Below are positions 16,790 to 27,292 of a stretch of DNA of 33,295 nt, piece by piece; within the stretch, counting starts at the first letter, position 1; the number at the start of each line of letters is the position of its first letter. Source of the stretch: Candidatus Aenigmatarchaeota archaeon (GTDB taxonomy: Archaea; Aenigmatarchaeota; Aenigmatarchaeia; CG10238-14; SCSR01); the NCBI GenBank assembly GCA_038999725.1, contig JAWBWS010000005.1:1-33295 (forward strand), written 5' to 3'. The notes beneath the pieces were generated by a model that did not search any database, was not told the origin of the DNA, and saw only the letters and a list, made by a program, of their open reading frames with translations. Both the position numbers and the translations under genes were made by a program.

Positions 16790-17415
16790 CCTCCCCTCAC
16801 ATATTTTGCTATAGCTTCATAAAGAGAATCCATATTCTTTCCCTTAAGAGCCGAAATCTCAACAACAGGGTAAGTTGGAAAAGCTTCCCTTATCAATTTC
16901 GGGTTTGCTCCCTTCTTGTCAATCTTGTTTGCAACTATTATCACGGGTATGTTTCTTGCTTCCAAATTTCCAAGTAGGGTGATATTGACTTGAGTCAAGG
17001 GGTCGCGAGTAGCATCCATAACAGCTAGCACTGCATCTACATTGCTCAGCCACTTGATTGCCTCTATTACACCATCAGTTGCTTCCCTTGCTCTCTTTCT
17101 TGCTTCCTTCTTCGAGAGCCCATATTTCAAGAAGCTTCTGTAATCAACTTTTGTTGACAAGCCTGGCATATCTAAGATGCTTAGCAAAATTTTCTTCTTG
17201 TTAACCTTTATTTCAATTTTCTCTTTTTTCTGCACACTTCTAGTTTCATGGGGTATACCTGTAACCTTACCAATCTCTTCACCGGTCCAATCCAAAGAGA
17301 TCCTATTAGCTAAAGTTGTTTTCCCCACTCCAGTTTCACCATAAATCCCTATTTTAAGATTTCTCCTCAATCCCAAAATTCTATAAACCCAATCTAAAAA
17401 TCCTTTAAACACCAT
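16786..17415 (-). CDS. oapA: Era-like GTPase OapA
   Basis: GETGVGKT (G1), PHETR, DMPG (G3), NKID (G4), SAL (G5), and RAREAT.GV.EA family motif. Confidence 0.9.
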   Translation of the reverse strand: MVFKGFLDWVYRILGLRRNLKIGIYGETGVGKTTLANRISLDWTGEEIGKVTGIPHETRSVQKKEKIEIKVNKKKILLSILDMPGLSTKVDYRSFLKYGLSKKEARKRAREATDGVIEAIKWLSNVDAVLAVMDATRDPLTQVNITLLGNLEARNIPVIIVANKIDKKGANPKLIREAFPTYPVVEISALKGKNMDSLYEAIAKYVRGG

Positions 17416-17454
17416 CTTCTCTTTTTATAATTTTGTTTTCTGAAATTTAAATCC

Positions 17455-17652
17455 CTAAGAGGAGGTGAAATTTTTCATCACACTAACTATCCTTCCATTT
17501 AGAATTTCCACCCTTCCTATTACTTTCCACTCCCCACTATTTTTGTTAGTTGATTTAACAAACTCCCCTGTTTGAGAAATTTTAAAATCTCTTACAAGGG
17601 AGAAAAGCAAGAGAAAAAGAAGAAAAAGAAAAATCAAAAGCAAGGTCTTCAT
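17455..17652 (-). CDS. Small membrane/secreted protein (65 aa)
   Basis: Start re-assigned to MKTLLLIFLF (GGTG SD-like sequence upstream; avoids overlap with the upstream gene); hydrophobic N-terminus. Confidence 0.6.
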   Translation of the reverse strand: MKTLLLIFLFLLFLLLFSLVRDFKISQTGEFVKSTNKNSGEWKVIGRVEILNGRIVSVMKNFTSS

Positions 17653-17659
17653 AGCACCA

Positions 17660-18070
17660 CTAGTATTTTGCGATAATATCGTATGTACCATTGTAGGCCA
17701 AAATACAGAAAGTTCCATTTGGTAAGATTGTTGCCAAAGACTTGAAAGCAAAACCATAGGTTGAGTTGTAATAAACGCTTGTTTTACATGTGGTGTAGGT
17801 TATATTTTCTGGAATTTCAAGGTAAGTGCCACTTGATTTGAATTGACTTGGTTCCGTCCCAACCGGCACAAGCCAAATTTCATCAGCAGGCCATGTGTAG
17901 TCTCCAAGCTTGAAGATTATACTTCCTACTAGCATGCCAAAGTTTGTCAAGAATTGTTGGGGCTCAAGTTGTGAGACTGCCCCTTCTATCACACTCACGC
18001 TTAAGGCTCTACCTGAACAAGCCAAGAAAGTTACTGCAACGAATCCAACTAAAATTTTCTTCAGTTTCAT
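17660..18070 (-). CDS. Secreted hypothetical protein
   Basis: Basic-hydrophobic signal peptide with FLAC (possible lipobox); several NxT/S sequons. Confidence 0.65.
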   Translation of the reverse strand: MKLKKILVGFVAVTFLACSGRALSVSVIEGAVSQLEPQQFLTNFGMLVGSIIFKLGDYTWPADEIWLVPVGTEPSQFKSSGTYLEIPENITYTTCKTSVYYNSTYGFAFKSLATILPNGTFCILAYNGTYDIIAKY

Positions 18071-18258
18071 GAAAAGCTCTTGAAGAAAGGCTCTGTATAA
18101 AGATTTTTAACTCCTCAAGTTGTAACTAACATTTAAGGCCGAAGATGAAAAAGAGAAAAGATAATGAGATATCCAAAGTTATTGGTTTTCATGTTTGACT
18201 TACCTTAGTTTTAATTTCTCAATTTTTGCTTTGAGAAAACAGTTTTGAAGAAGTTGAA

Positions 18259-20919
18259 CTAAACCTCAATTTTCCTGAATTTAAAGTCACGGTTCATGAA
18301 AATTTCTGGTAAGACCAAAAGACCTAGAGAACTCATGACAAAAACCACGAACATTTCTTTCAAACCAATTGGAGCTGTTTCAAAAATCTGGTTGAAGGGT
18401 TGGAAATAAACTGTCATGAGTTGTAAGATGAATGAGATGATAACAGCAGCCAAAAGTTTTTTGTTGTCCAACAAGCCTTTCTTGAAAACCGATTCACTTT
18501 CTGAGCGACAATTGAAAACAAAAAAGAGTTCGAAGAAGACTGCAACACAAAATACCATAGTTCTAACTTCTTGTATGGTATAACCTGAATTCATTCCCCA
18601 GAAGAAAATTGTAATTGTGGAAAGAAAGTTGATTAAAGATGCAAAAAGTATGAAAGGAAGCATACCGTGTAAAATTCCTTGGTTTGGATTTCTTGGCTTC
18701 TTTTTCATCAAACCTCTTTCATAGGGATCTGCACTCAAGGCTAAAGCTGGTAAACCATCTGTAACTAAATTGAGCCAAAGAATTTGTAAAGGTAATAAAG
18801 GCAAAGGCAATCGAAAGATGATTGCAGTTGTTATCAAAGCTATCTCATCAAAATTCAAGCAAAGCAAAAATCTTACAAATTTTCTTATATTATCATAAAT
18901 TCCTCTACCCTCTTCCACAGCATTGACTATCGTTGCAAAATTGTCATCAAGCAAAATCATATCACTCGCTTCCTTAGCAACATCAGTTCCTTTAATTCCC
19001 ATTGCAACCCCAATGTCAGATTTCTTCAAGGCAGGGGCGTCGTTTATACCATCACCTGTCACAGCAACCACATGGCCTTTTTTCTTCAGGGCTTTAACTA
19101 TTCTTGATTTATGTTGGGGAGAAACCCTTGCATAAATCACAACTCTTTCAACTTTTTCTTCTAACTCTTCTTCACTCATTTTTTCAAGCTCTTCTCCAGT
19201 CAAAACTTCTTCCTCACCTTCAACCAAACCAATTTCTTTTGCTATTGCTATTGCCGTAAGTTTATGATCTCCTGTTATCATCACAACCCTTATCCCAGCT
19301 TGCCTACAAGTCTCTATTGCATTTTTAACCTCTGGTCTAGGTGGATCAATCATCCCAACAAATCCCAAGAAGATTAAATTCTTTTCAAGCTCTTCTTCTT
19401 CAATTTTTTTCTCTTTCTTGTAAGCTAGAGCCAAAACTCTAAACCCTTGTTTTGCCATTTCTTCCATCTCTAACCTTATTTTTTCCCTATCCTCTTCACT
19501 CAACTTTTTCACTCCACCTTTGGTTAGAAAGTGGGAAGAAAGTTGAAGAACTTTTTCTGGGGCACCTTTTGTGAAAGAAATGAGTTCCTCTCCTTGCTTG
19601 TAAACTTTTGTCATAAGCTTTCTTTCAGAAGAGAATGGGATCTCAAACTCAGACTCTTCTTGCCTTACTAAACCAGCTTTTGAAGCCAAAACAAGAAGAG
19701 CTGCTTCTGTTGGGTCACCGATAACATGCCATTTTCCTTCCTTCAATTCCATTGTTGAATTGTTGCAGAGCAAGCCGGCTTTTATCAAAAGCATAAGATT
19801 ATCGTCCTCCCTTGGTTCCATGTTTTTTCCTTCCGAGAAAAATTCTCCTTTTGGTTCAAAACCTGTACCGGAAACTTCAAACATTCTACCAGAACACCAA
19901 ATCTTTCTCACACACATCTCATTGACAGTCATAGTCCCAGTTTTATCTGCCGCTATCACTGTTGTGCAACCAAGCGTCTCCACAGCTGAGAGTTTTCTCA
20001 CCAAAGCATTCCTTTTTGCCATTCTGCTAACACCCAAAGCCAAAGCTACAGTAACAACAGCTGGTAAGCCCTCGGGAACTGCTGATACAGCTAAAGCCAC
20101 AGCAATGAAGAAATCATCAACTATATTCAAATCTTCCAAGTAGCCTAAAACAAAAACAAAAAAACAAATTATTAAAACTACTGCGCCAATCCATTTCCCA
20201 AATTCATCAAACTTCCTTTGTAAAGGTGTTTGCTCTTTTGCTTCTTCTATTTCTCTTGCTATTTTTCCCATTTCTGTGTTCATCCCAGTTTGAACCACAA
20301 TAGCTTTTCCTCTCCCTCGAGAAACATAAGTTCCCATGAAGACCATGTTGCTCCTTTCGGCTATTGGTAAATCTTGAATTGGTTTGACTTGCTTTTCAAC
20401 AGGTGTTGATTCTCCTGTCAAAGCTGACTCGTCTATGGCCAAATCGAAAGCTTCTATTAGCCTGGCATCGGCTGGAATTCCCTCACCTTCTTCCAAAATT
20501 ATTATATCACCAGGAACAAGCTCTTTTGAAGAAATTTCTGTTTGTTTTCCTTCTCTTATTACTTTAACTTTCTGAACAATAATCTTCTTGAGAGCTTCCA
20601 TCGTTTTCTCTGCCTTATACTCTTGGTAAAATCCAAGCAAAGCATTCATAATTAAAATTACAGAAATTGCCGAAGCGTCTAAAAATTCTTTGAGGAAAAA
20701 GGAAACTATTGCTGCTGTGAGGAGGATAGCTATCAAAAAACTTTTGAATTGTCTCAAGAAAATTTTCAAGGGGGAAATTTTCTTCTTTCTCTCAATTTCG
20801 TTCAATCCAAATTTCTCGAGCCTTCGCTTGGCTTCTTGCTCGCTCAAACCCTCTTTACCACTTTGAAGGATTTTGAAAACTTCTTCTATTTCAATCAAAT
20901 GCCACTTATCTTGTTCCAT
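18259..20919 (-). CDS. P-type ATPase, type IIA (Ca2+-transporting, PMR1/SERCA-like)
   Basis: TGES, VPEGLP, DKTGT, KGAPE, DPPR, TGDGINDAPAL and WLNLVTDGLPA motifs. Confidence 0.95.
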   Translation of the reverse strand: MEQDKWHLIEIEEVFKILQSGKEGLSEQEAKRRLEKFGLNEIERKKKISPLKIFLRQFKSFLIAILLTAAIVSFFLKEFLDASAISVILIMNALLGFYQEYKAEKTMEALKKIIVQKVKVIREGKQTEISSKELVPGDIIILEEGEGIPADARLIEAFDLAIDESALTGESTPVEKQVKPIQDLPIAERSNMVFMGTYVSRGRGKAIVVQTGMNTEMGKIAREIEEAKEQTPLQRKFDEFGKWIGAVVLIICFFVFVLGYLEDLNIVDDFFIAVALAVSAVPEGLPAVVTVALALGVSRMAKRNALVRKLSAVETLGCTTVIAADKTGTMTVNEMCVRKIWCSGRMFEVSGTGFEPKGEFFSEGKNMEPREDDNLMLLIKAGLLCNNSTMELKEGKWHVIGDPTEAALLVLASKAGLVRQEESEFEIPFSSERKLMTKVYKQGEELISFTKGAPEKVLQLSSHFLTKGGVKKLSEEDREKIRLEMEEMAKQGFRVLALAYKKEKKIEEEELEKNLIFLGFVGMIDPPRPEVKNAIETCRQAGIRVVMITGDHKLTAIAIAKEIGLVEGEEEVLTGEELEKMSEEELEEKVERVVIYARVSPQHKSRIVKALKKKGHVVAVTGDGINDAPALKKSDIGVAMGIKGTDVAKEASDMILLDDNFATIVNAVEEGRGIYDNIRKFVRFLLCLNFDEIALITTAIIFRLPLPLLPLQILWLNLVTDGLPALALSADPYERGLMKKKPRNPNQGILHGMLPFILFASLINFLSTITIFFWGMNSGYTIQEVRTMVFCVAVFFELFFVFNCRSESESVFKKGLLDNKKLLAAVIISFILQLMTVYFQPFNQIFETAPIGLKEMFVVFVMSSLGLLVLPEIFMNRDFKFRKIEV

Positions 20920-20923
20920 AAAC

Positions 20924-21433
20924 TTAATTTGATTTCTCCCCCAAATATTGTTTTGATAGGTTTAAAGACATCCTCTTCGCAACTTCTGAAAATCCGTACT
21001 TCTTGTAAGCAGAAATTGCAATCTCATTTCTAGAATCGACCAAAACTTCAACCAACCTTATTTTTCTTTTTTCAAACCATTTCATCAACTTTTCAAACAG
21101 CATTTTACCTATTCCCTTCCTTCTGAATTTTTCTTCAACAAAAGCCAAATGGAGCTCACCCATTCTTTTCTCACGCAAATAGTTGGGAGATTTATAAATT
21201 GTGCCAAAGAAACAGCCAATTGGTTTCCCATCCTTCACAGCAACTAAAAATTTCTTGTTCTTTCTATTTTTAGCAAAAAATTCTTTCAAAAATTTCTTAA
21301 GTTTTTCTTCTCTTTCTCTTCCTGACAAATATCTTTTGTTGTCAATTTTGTAATGATAGTCTGTGTTCTTTTTCCAAAGGTTAAGGATATACTTAAAATC
21401 TTCTTTTTTTGCCTCTCTTACCTCAACCTTCAT
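20924..21433 (-). CDS. GNAT family N-acetyltransferase
   Basis: FVEEKFRRKGIG acetyl-CoA motif and N..AISAYKKYGF. Confidence 0.9.
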   Translation of the reverse strand: MKVEVREAKKEDFKYILNLWKKNTDYHYKIDNKRYLSGREREEKLKKFLKEFFAKNRKNKKFLVAVKDGKPIGCFFGTIYKSPNYLREKRMGELHLAFVEEKFRRKGIGKMLFEKLMKWFEKRKIRLVEVLVDSRNEIAISAYKKYGFSEVAKRMSLNLSKQYLGEKSN

Positions 21434-22094
21434 AAAATTTATTTTTGTCTTTAAAATATTTCAAACCAAATTCACAGAAATTGGAAAAGGAGCAAACATG
21501 ACATTTGGGATTTCTCGTCAAGCAAATCTCTTGTCCAAATCTTACCAAACCCAAATTAACAAGATACCTTTCTCTTTCTGGGGTAAGCTTCTCTAAGCTT
21601 TTTCTGATCTCCATGTAGCTGGCTTTTTTATCAACCAAACCAAGTCTTTTACTACAAACTTCCACATGAACATCTACTGCTATAATGGGAAGACCAAAAC
21701 CATAAGACAAAACAATATCAGCAGTCTTGTTACCAACTCCAGGCAGCTTAAGTAAATCCTCCCTTGAGCTTGGGATTTCCCCATTGAACTCTTCAATCAA
21801 GATTTTGCAAAGCTTTTTAATGTTTTTTGCTTTCTGCTTGTACATTCCAGAAGATTTTATGAGTTTTTGAAGTTTTTTGTCTGAAAGTTTCAGAATTTCT
21901 TCTGGTGTGGAAGCTAGAGAAAACAAATTTTCTGTAGCTTTCCTTGTGTTTTCGTCTCTTGTTCTTTGGGAAAGAATTGTGGTGATTAAGAGCTTAAAAA
22001 TGTTTTTCTTGAACTTGAGGAATTCTTCTATCTCCCTCCCATATCTTTTTTTCAAGAATTTTATAATTTCTTGCATCTTTTCTTTCTTCTTCAC
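21423..22094 (-). CDS. nth: Endonuclease III (HhH-GPD glycosylase/AP lyase)
   Basis: LSQRTRD, LPGVGNKTA, AVDVHV and C-x6-C-x2-C-x5-C FeS motif. Confidence 0.95.
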   Translation of the reverse strand: MKKKEKMQEIIKFLKKRYGREIEEFLKFKKNIFKLLITTILSQRTRDENTRKATENLFSLASTPEEILKLSDKKLQKLIKSSGMYKQKAKNIKKLCKILIEEFNGEIPSSREDLLKLPGVGNKTADIVLSYGFGLPIIAVDVHVEVCSKRLGLVDKKASYMEIRKSLEKLTPERERYLVNLGLVRFGQEICLTRNPKCHVCSFSNFCEFGLKYFKDKNKFYEG

Positions 22095-22181
22095 AAAAAA
22101 TATTTAAGTAATAAGAGATAATAGAGTATAGCATTTCATTTATGTGGATAAGGTATTTAATATATATTCCACTTCTTCTTA

Positions 22182-24992
22182 GTGGTATCCATGGTCTTTG
22201 AACTTCTTAATCCAAAGCTTCAAAAGCTTGTGAAGAAAAGGTTTACAAGACCTACTTTGGTCCAAGAGCTAGCTTTTAAACCAATTCTTGAGGGAAAGAA
22301 TGTTTTAATAATTGCACCAACAGGTCTAGGTAAAACAGAAAGTTGCATGCTCCCTCTTTTTCATCTCACAATGGAAGAAAATCCTGAACCGATAGCAATT
22401 CTCTACATAACCCCCCTCCGTGCACTCAACAGAGACCTTTTGAACAGATTGTTGTGGTGGTGTGGTGAAATTGATGTAGAAGCCTCTGTTAGACATGGTG
22501 ATACATCAGCTTATGAGAGAAAACAACAAGCAGAATTCCCTCCTCACCTTCTAATAACCACACCAGAAAGTTTACAAGCAATTCTTCCAGGAAAAATAAT
22601 GAGGGAGCATTTGAAAAATGTGAAGCATGTTGTAATAGATGAAATTCATGAGCTTGTTGATAGTAAAAGGGGTGTTCAACTTTCTCTAGCCCTTGAAAGA
22701 TTAAGAGAAATTGCTCAACATGATTTTCAAATTATTGGTTTATCTGCAACTATAGGATCGCCTGAAAAAGTCGTGAAATTCCTTTGCCCGAAGGGAAACA
22801 TAGAAATCATCAAAGCAATCCAACCAAAAGCGATGGAAATAAAAGTCATCAGCCCAAAGCCTGTGTTAGAGGATGAAAAAATAGCTAAAAAGCTTTTTAT
22901 CTCAAAAGAAACTGCAGCGAGGCTTAGAACAATAATGCAACTGATTAAGCAACACAAAGCTACTTTAACTTTCACAAACACAAGAGAATTTGCAGAAATC
23001 TTAGCATCAAGAATTAAGGCCTTGGACAAAGATTTCCCTATAGCTGTCCACCACTCGAGCTTGAGCAAAGAAGTTAGAATAAAGGCGGAGAAAGAGTTTA
23101 AAGAAGAAAAAATTAAAAGCATAATTTCCACTTCTTCTCTTCAATTAGGAATCGATATTGGTAGCGTGGATTTTGTGTTACAATATATGTCTCCTCGTAC
23201 AGTCACACAAGCCATTCAAAGGATAGGGAGAAGTGGACATGGTGTTGAGAGAGTTAGCAAAGGGATAATTATAGCTACAGATGAAGATGATATTTTTGAA
23301 GCTGCTGTTATAGCAAGAAAAGCTTTGAAAGAAGAAATTGAACCGCTGAAGTTGCATGAAAATTCTTACGACATTCTTGCCCATCAACTTGTTGGTCTGA
23401 CTCTTGATAGCTGGAAGGTTGATCTTCGGAAGGCTTATGAGCTTGTGAGGAGAGCTTACCCTTACCAAAAGCTAAGCTTTACTGAATTTTTGGAAGTTTG
23501 TAAGCAGCTTCAGCAACTTGGACTGATTTTCTTGAATGGTAACATCAAGAAGAAAAGGAGAGGTTTTGAGTATTATTTTACCCAGCTCTCCACAATTCCT
23601 GATACAAAACAATTTAAAGTTTTAAACAGTCTAGACAATTCCTTTGTTGGTGTTTTAGATGAAGAGTTTGTAGCTCTTAATGCTGAACAAGGAGTCACCT
23701 TCATTCTAAAGGGAGAGCCCTATAAGATAATTTCAATAGAAGAAGATAAAATTTTTGTTGAACCTGTTGAAGATATTGAAGCAGCAATACCGGGGTGGGA
23801 AGGTGAACTTATTCCTGTTTCTTTTGAAGTTGCACAAGAAGTTGGAAAGTTGAGAAAAATTATATCAGAAGATTTGGAAGAAAAAAGTGAAAGTGAAATA
23901 ATAGATTGGTTTTTATCTTCTTATCCGATAGACGAAAATTGCGCAAAAGAAATGATTAAAACAATAAAAAGGCAGAAGAAATATGGAGTTGTACCGGATG
24001 ACAAAACAATATTGATAGAGGACTATGAAAATTGTGTGATAATTCATGCTTGCTTTGGATCTCTCGTGAATGAAACTTTAGGCAGATTTTTATCTTCCCT
24101 CCTTACGGCAAGAATCGGCTCTGTTGGTTTGAGGACAGATCCTTACAGAATAATCCTACATTTTCAAATTAAGGCTTTAGAGCTTTTGAAAGAAATTCTC
24201 TTCAAGACAAACCCAGAATATTTGAAGAATTATATTGAGATGTACTTGAGCAAAAGCAACTTGTTTGAGTGGAAGTTTGTACATGTTGCAAAAAGGTTTG
24301 GAGCTATATCAAAAGATGCCGATTACACCAAAGTAAAACTTGGAAAAATTATCGAAAGTTTTGTTGGTAGCCCAATCTTCAAAGAAACTTTGAAAGAATT
24401 GGAAACTGAAAAGCTGGACATAGAAAAGGCTGAAGAAATTTTGAAGAAAATTCAAAACAAGGAAATCGAAGTCGTATTTAAACCAGGTCTATCGCCACTT
24501 GGAAAAATTGGTTTGAGGCATGAGTTTGCGGAGCTTGTCGGACCTTCGAGACCAGAACTTGAAATTTTCGAACTCTTCAAGAAGAGACTTTTAAACACAA
24601 GTGTTAAGCTTGTTTGTGTAAATTGTGGAGCATGGCAGCAAAGCCTTATAGTAAAAGAAATCTCTGACAAGGTGAGGTGTAAGAAGTGTGAGGCAAAATT
24701 TTTGGCAGTCGTTCATCCAGGAAATATGGAAGCGATTAAACTTGTCAAGAAAAAATTGAGGGGAATCTTGAGTGAAAGTGAGAAGAAGAAATTTGAAAGG
24801 ATAGAGCGAGCTGCCGATCTCTTCCTTGTCTATGGTAAAAAAGCAGCCATGGCATTGGCGGCAAGGGGAATTGGCCCTGAAACTGCAAAGAGGATATTGG
24901 GTAGATTTCATAAGGATGAAGATGATTTCTTGAGAGATATCCTAGAAGAGGAAAGAAGGTTTGTGAGAACAAGGAAGTATTGGAGCACTTGA
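22182..24992 (+). CDS. lhr: Lhr-family SF2 helicase with C-terminal Cys-rich region
   Basis: APTGLGKT, PLRAL, RHGDT, DEIH, LSAT, HHSSLS and QRIGRSGH motifs; C-terminal CxxC...CxxC. Confidence 0.93.
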   Translation: MVSMVFELLNPKLQKLVKKRFTRPTLVQELAFKPILEGKNVLIIAPTGLGKTESCMLPLFHLTMEENPEPIAILYITPLRALNRDLLNRLLWWCGEIDVEASVRHGDTSAYERKQQAEFPPHLLITTPESLQAILPGKIMREHLKNVKHVVIDEIHELVDSKRGVQLSLALERLREIAQHDFQIIGLSATIGSPEKVVKFLCPKGNIEIIKAIQPKAMEIKVISPKPVLEDEKIAKKLFISKETAARLRTIMQLIKQHKATLTFTNTREFAEILASRIKALDKDFPIAVHHSSLSKEVRIKAEKEFKEEKIKSIISTSSLQLGIDIGSVDFVLQYMSPRTVTQAIQRIGRSGHGVERVSKGIIIATDEDDIFEAAVIARKALKEEIEPLKLHENSYDILAHQLVGLTLDSWKVDLRKAYELVRRAYPYQKLSFTEFLEVCKQLQQLGLIFLNGNIKKKRRGFEYYFTQLSTIPDTKQFKVLNSLDNSFVGVLDEEFVALNAEQGVTFILKGEPYKIISIEEDKIFVEPVEDIEAAIPGWEGELIPVSFEVAQEVGKLRKIISEDLEEKSESEIIDWFLSSYPIDENCAKEMIKTIKRQKKYGVVPDDKTILIEDYENCVIIHACFGSLVNETLGRFLSSLLTARIGSVGLRTDPYRIILHFQIKALELLKEILFKTNPEYLKNYIEMYLSKSNLFEWKFVHVAKRFGAISKDADYTKVKLGKIIESFVGSPIFKETLKELETEKLDIEKAEEILKKIQNKEIEVVFKPGLSPLGKIGLRHEFAELVGPSRPELEIFELFKKRLLNTSVKLVCVNCGAWQQSLIVKEISDKVRCKKCEAKFLAVVHPGNMEAIKLVKKKLRGILSESEKKKFERIERAADLFLVYGKKAAMALAARGIGPETAKRILGRFHKDEDDFLRDILEEERRFVRTRKYWST

Positions 24993-24994
24993 AA

Positions 24995-25255
24995 TTATCT
25001 TAAGCAATCCTCTCTTTCCATACAACTCTTACCTGAAAACTCCCCACAAAAAGAATTACAAATGTGCTCTTGAAGCTGAGAATTGAATTCACATTCGCAT
25101 TCTGATTTTCCTTCACCTAGTAAAAAGTTTATGAAGGTTGATAAGGATTCTCCTTTTTTGAAACCCTTTGGGTTTATCAAATCTGCCAAGAGCAAAACTG
25201 TTATGAAGCTTAAGATTATTATTGCAAATAATATTGCTCCTGTTCTTGCTATCAT
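24995..25255 (-). CDS. Small membrane-anchored Cys-rich protein
   Basis: N-terminal TM helix; six Cys in the last ~35 aa (CEC...CNSFC...C...C). Confidence 0.65.
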   Translation of the reverse strand: MIARTGAILFAIIILSFITVLLLADLINPKGFKKGESLSTFINFLLGEGKSECECEFNSQLQEHICNSFCGEFSGKSCMEREDCLR

Positions 25256-25286
25256 AAATTTTCATTTCTTTCCAGAATATAAAAAG

Positions 25287-26030
25287 CTAAGATTTTTGCT
25301 TTGGGAAGAGGAGCATACCCAAGAATCCTCCCAGAAGACCTCCTAGATGACCTATGTGGGAAGATGAAATAGGTAGACCTAAAATCAAGAAAATAATCCA
25401 AGAAAGTATGAAGAGAATTGTGGCAAAAGACAGAGGTAAATGACTTGGTAGGAGAAGAAGCCCAAAAATGAAAAAAGATAGGAAAAAAAGTAAAACTGAT
25501 GAACCCACTTGACTTTGGAAGAGCATCAGTGGAATCGTGAAGAGAAGTTGGACTAGTGGTAAAAAAGAAAGTAGAACCAAAAAAGTTGGTACTTTCTCAA
25601 GAGGTTTAGTTAGACTTGCTATGGCAACTAGACCAAAAATGGCACCGGAAGCTCCTACAAACGGGATGTGCATAGAAATTCCAAGCAAAGCTCTGTTGAT
25701 TATGTCAAAAATTGCTGCAGTACAACCAGAAGAAATATAAACCGCGAGAAAAGGAATTTTGCCTATATGTTTTTCTAATATAAGCCCCACTATTGTTAAC
25801 ATTACTAAATTTCCAAAGAGATGGAAAAAATTAACATGAATGAAAGTATAGGTTAGAAGTGAATAAATTTTTGGCCTTGCCGGCACGAAGCCAAGCAAAT
25901 TTTCATAATACTCTAGGGGGGTTTTGGCTTCAGGATTTAAGATTTTATCGGCTAAACCTGAAGTTATAAGAAAAGAGGAGAACAAAAGGAGGGAAAGGGT
26001 AATTGTTACTATGGGAAATTTTTCTTCCAT
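25287..26030 (-). CDS. Rhomboid intramembrane serine protease
   Basis: FIH...HLFGN, catalytic GASG, and HIGHLGG. Confidence 0.93.
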   Translation of the reverse strand: MEEKFPIVTITLSLLLFSSFLITSGLADKILNPEAKTPLEYYENLLGFVPARPKIYSLLTYTFIHVNFFHLFGNLVMLTIVGLILEKHIGKIPFLAVYISSGCTAAIFDIINRALLGISMHIPFVGASGAIFGLVAIASLTKPLEKVPTFLVLLSFLPLVQLLFTIPLMLFQSQVGSSVLLFFLSFFIFGLLLLPSHLPLSFATILFILSWIIFLILGLPISSSHIGHLGGLLGGFLGMLLFPKQKS

Positions 26031-26043
26031 AAATAATTATTAT

Positions 26044-27276
26044 TCAAATGAAAAATAGAATTGTTATTCCGATTAGAGTTAAAACTAAAAATACCCTACC
26101 CAAATCAAAAGCCATCTTTTTCGTGCCAAACCATAATGCTAAAAGCCATTTGGATAGAGTGTTGGAAATAGCAGCTATTATTATACCCTTTACCGAAACT
26201 GAAGGAGAAATTGATGTAAATGCTAAAGATGATAAGGAAATTGCAATCGCATCAACATCAACCAAACCTGTTAAGAAAGCTATTGGATAAACAATCCTTT
26301 CACTAAAATAATTTCTGGTTATGTTTATCAAAACCGTTGCTAGGGTGAAAAACAAACCAAACTTCAGAGCAGCTTTTAAATCAAGAGGTGATCTTAAAAT
26401 TAGGCTAGTTTTTTCCTTTCTTATATTTTCTATAAAACCGAAAGCAAGAAAATAGCCTAAAATACTCAATGCCACAAGTGGTAGAAGCATTGGCACTAGA
26501 GTGTAGTTGAATATAATTGAGAGGAAAAACATCCTCAAGAACATTGTTGAAGATGCCAAAATTATCGAAAATAGTGCAGAGTGATAAATCTTTTTGTTTT
26601 TCTTAGCATCAGTTGCCATTGAGATCGTTACCGCAACAGAAGAAACTATTCCGCCTAAAATTCCAGAAAGAATTATACCCTTCTTTGGACCAAAAATTTT
26701 CATCAGGATGTAAGCGAAAAAGCTTAAAGAAAGAACTATCACAACACTCAACCAAATCAAAAATGGATTTATTGAATTGAATGGATCTATTGGACGATTT
26801 GGAAGAATTGGCAACACAACAAAAGAAAGCAGTGCAAAGAAGATGGCATTCCAAACTTCCTCTTTTTTCAAGTGTCTTGAAAAAGTGTGAAGAATTTCTT
26901 TTGAAGCCAGGATGAAAGTCAGTAGGATTGCAAGAGAGATGGGAAGGTAGAATGGAAACTTGTCAAAGACAAGCAAAGCTCCAAGGAGAAAAGTTATGAG
27001 AAAAGCGAAGCTTGTGGTCTGGCCTACATCCTCTCTCTCCCTTCTGAAATAAGCCAATGTAGTTAAAATACCAGTAAAGATGAAGGCTATATAGAATGGG
27101 AGGAAAGATTGGAAAAAGAAGGAAAATTGCATGGAAAGAAAGCCTAGAAGGGAAGAGAGCATGAAAGTCCTTATCCCATGGGCAACTTCACCTTTAGCTC
27201 TTTGTTCCCTTTCTATTCCAATCAAAGCTCCTATTCCAAGAGAAAGAATTGTTTTCAAAAAAATCTCTTCAACCAT
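26044..27276 (-). CDS. MgtC/SapB plus DUF4010 membrane protein
   Basis: GALIGIERE..GIRTF, LPILPN, GGIVSS.A.T and GLVDVDAI motifs. Confidence 0.9.
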   Translation of the reverse strand: MVEEIFLKTILSLGIGALIGIEREQRAKGEVAHGIRTFMLSSLLGFLSMQFSFFFQSFLPFYIAFIFTGILTTLAYFRREREDVGQTTSFAFLITFLLGALLVFDKFPFYLPISLAILLTFILASKEILHTFSRHLKKEEVWNAIFFALLSFVVLPILPNRPIDPFNSINPFLIWLSVVIVLSLSFFAYILMKIFGPKKGIILSGILGGIVSSVAVTISMATDAKKNKKIYHSALFSIILASSTMFLRMFFLSIIFNYTLVPMLLPLVALSILGYFLAFGFIENIRKEKTSLILRSPLDLKAALKFGLFFTLATVLINITRNYFSERIVYPIAFLTGLVDVDAIAISLSSLAFTSISPSVSVKGIIIAAISNTLSKWLLALWFGTKKMAFDLGRVFLVLTLIGITILFFI

Positions 27277-27292
27277 AAAATTAATTTGAATT

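Noticed and set aside
15595..17460. Replication origin next to oapABC
   Set aside because: No repeated ORB (TTCCAxTGGAAA-type) elements and no orc1/cdc6 in the window.
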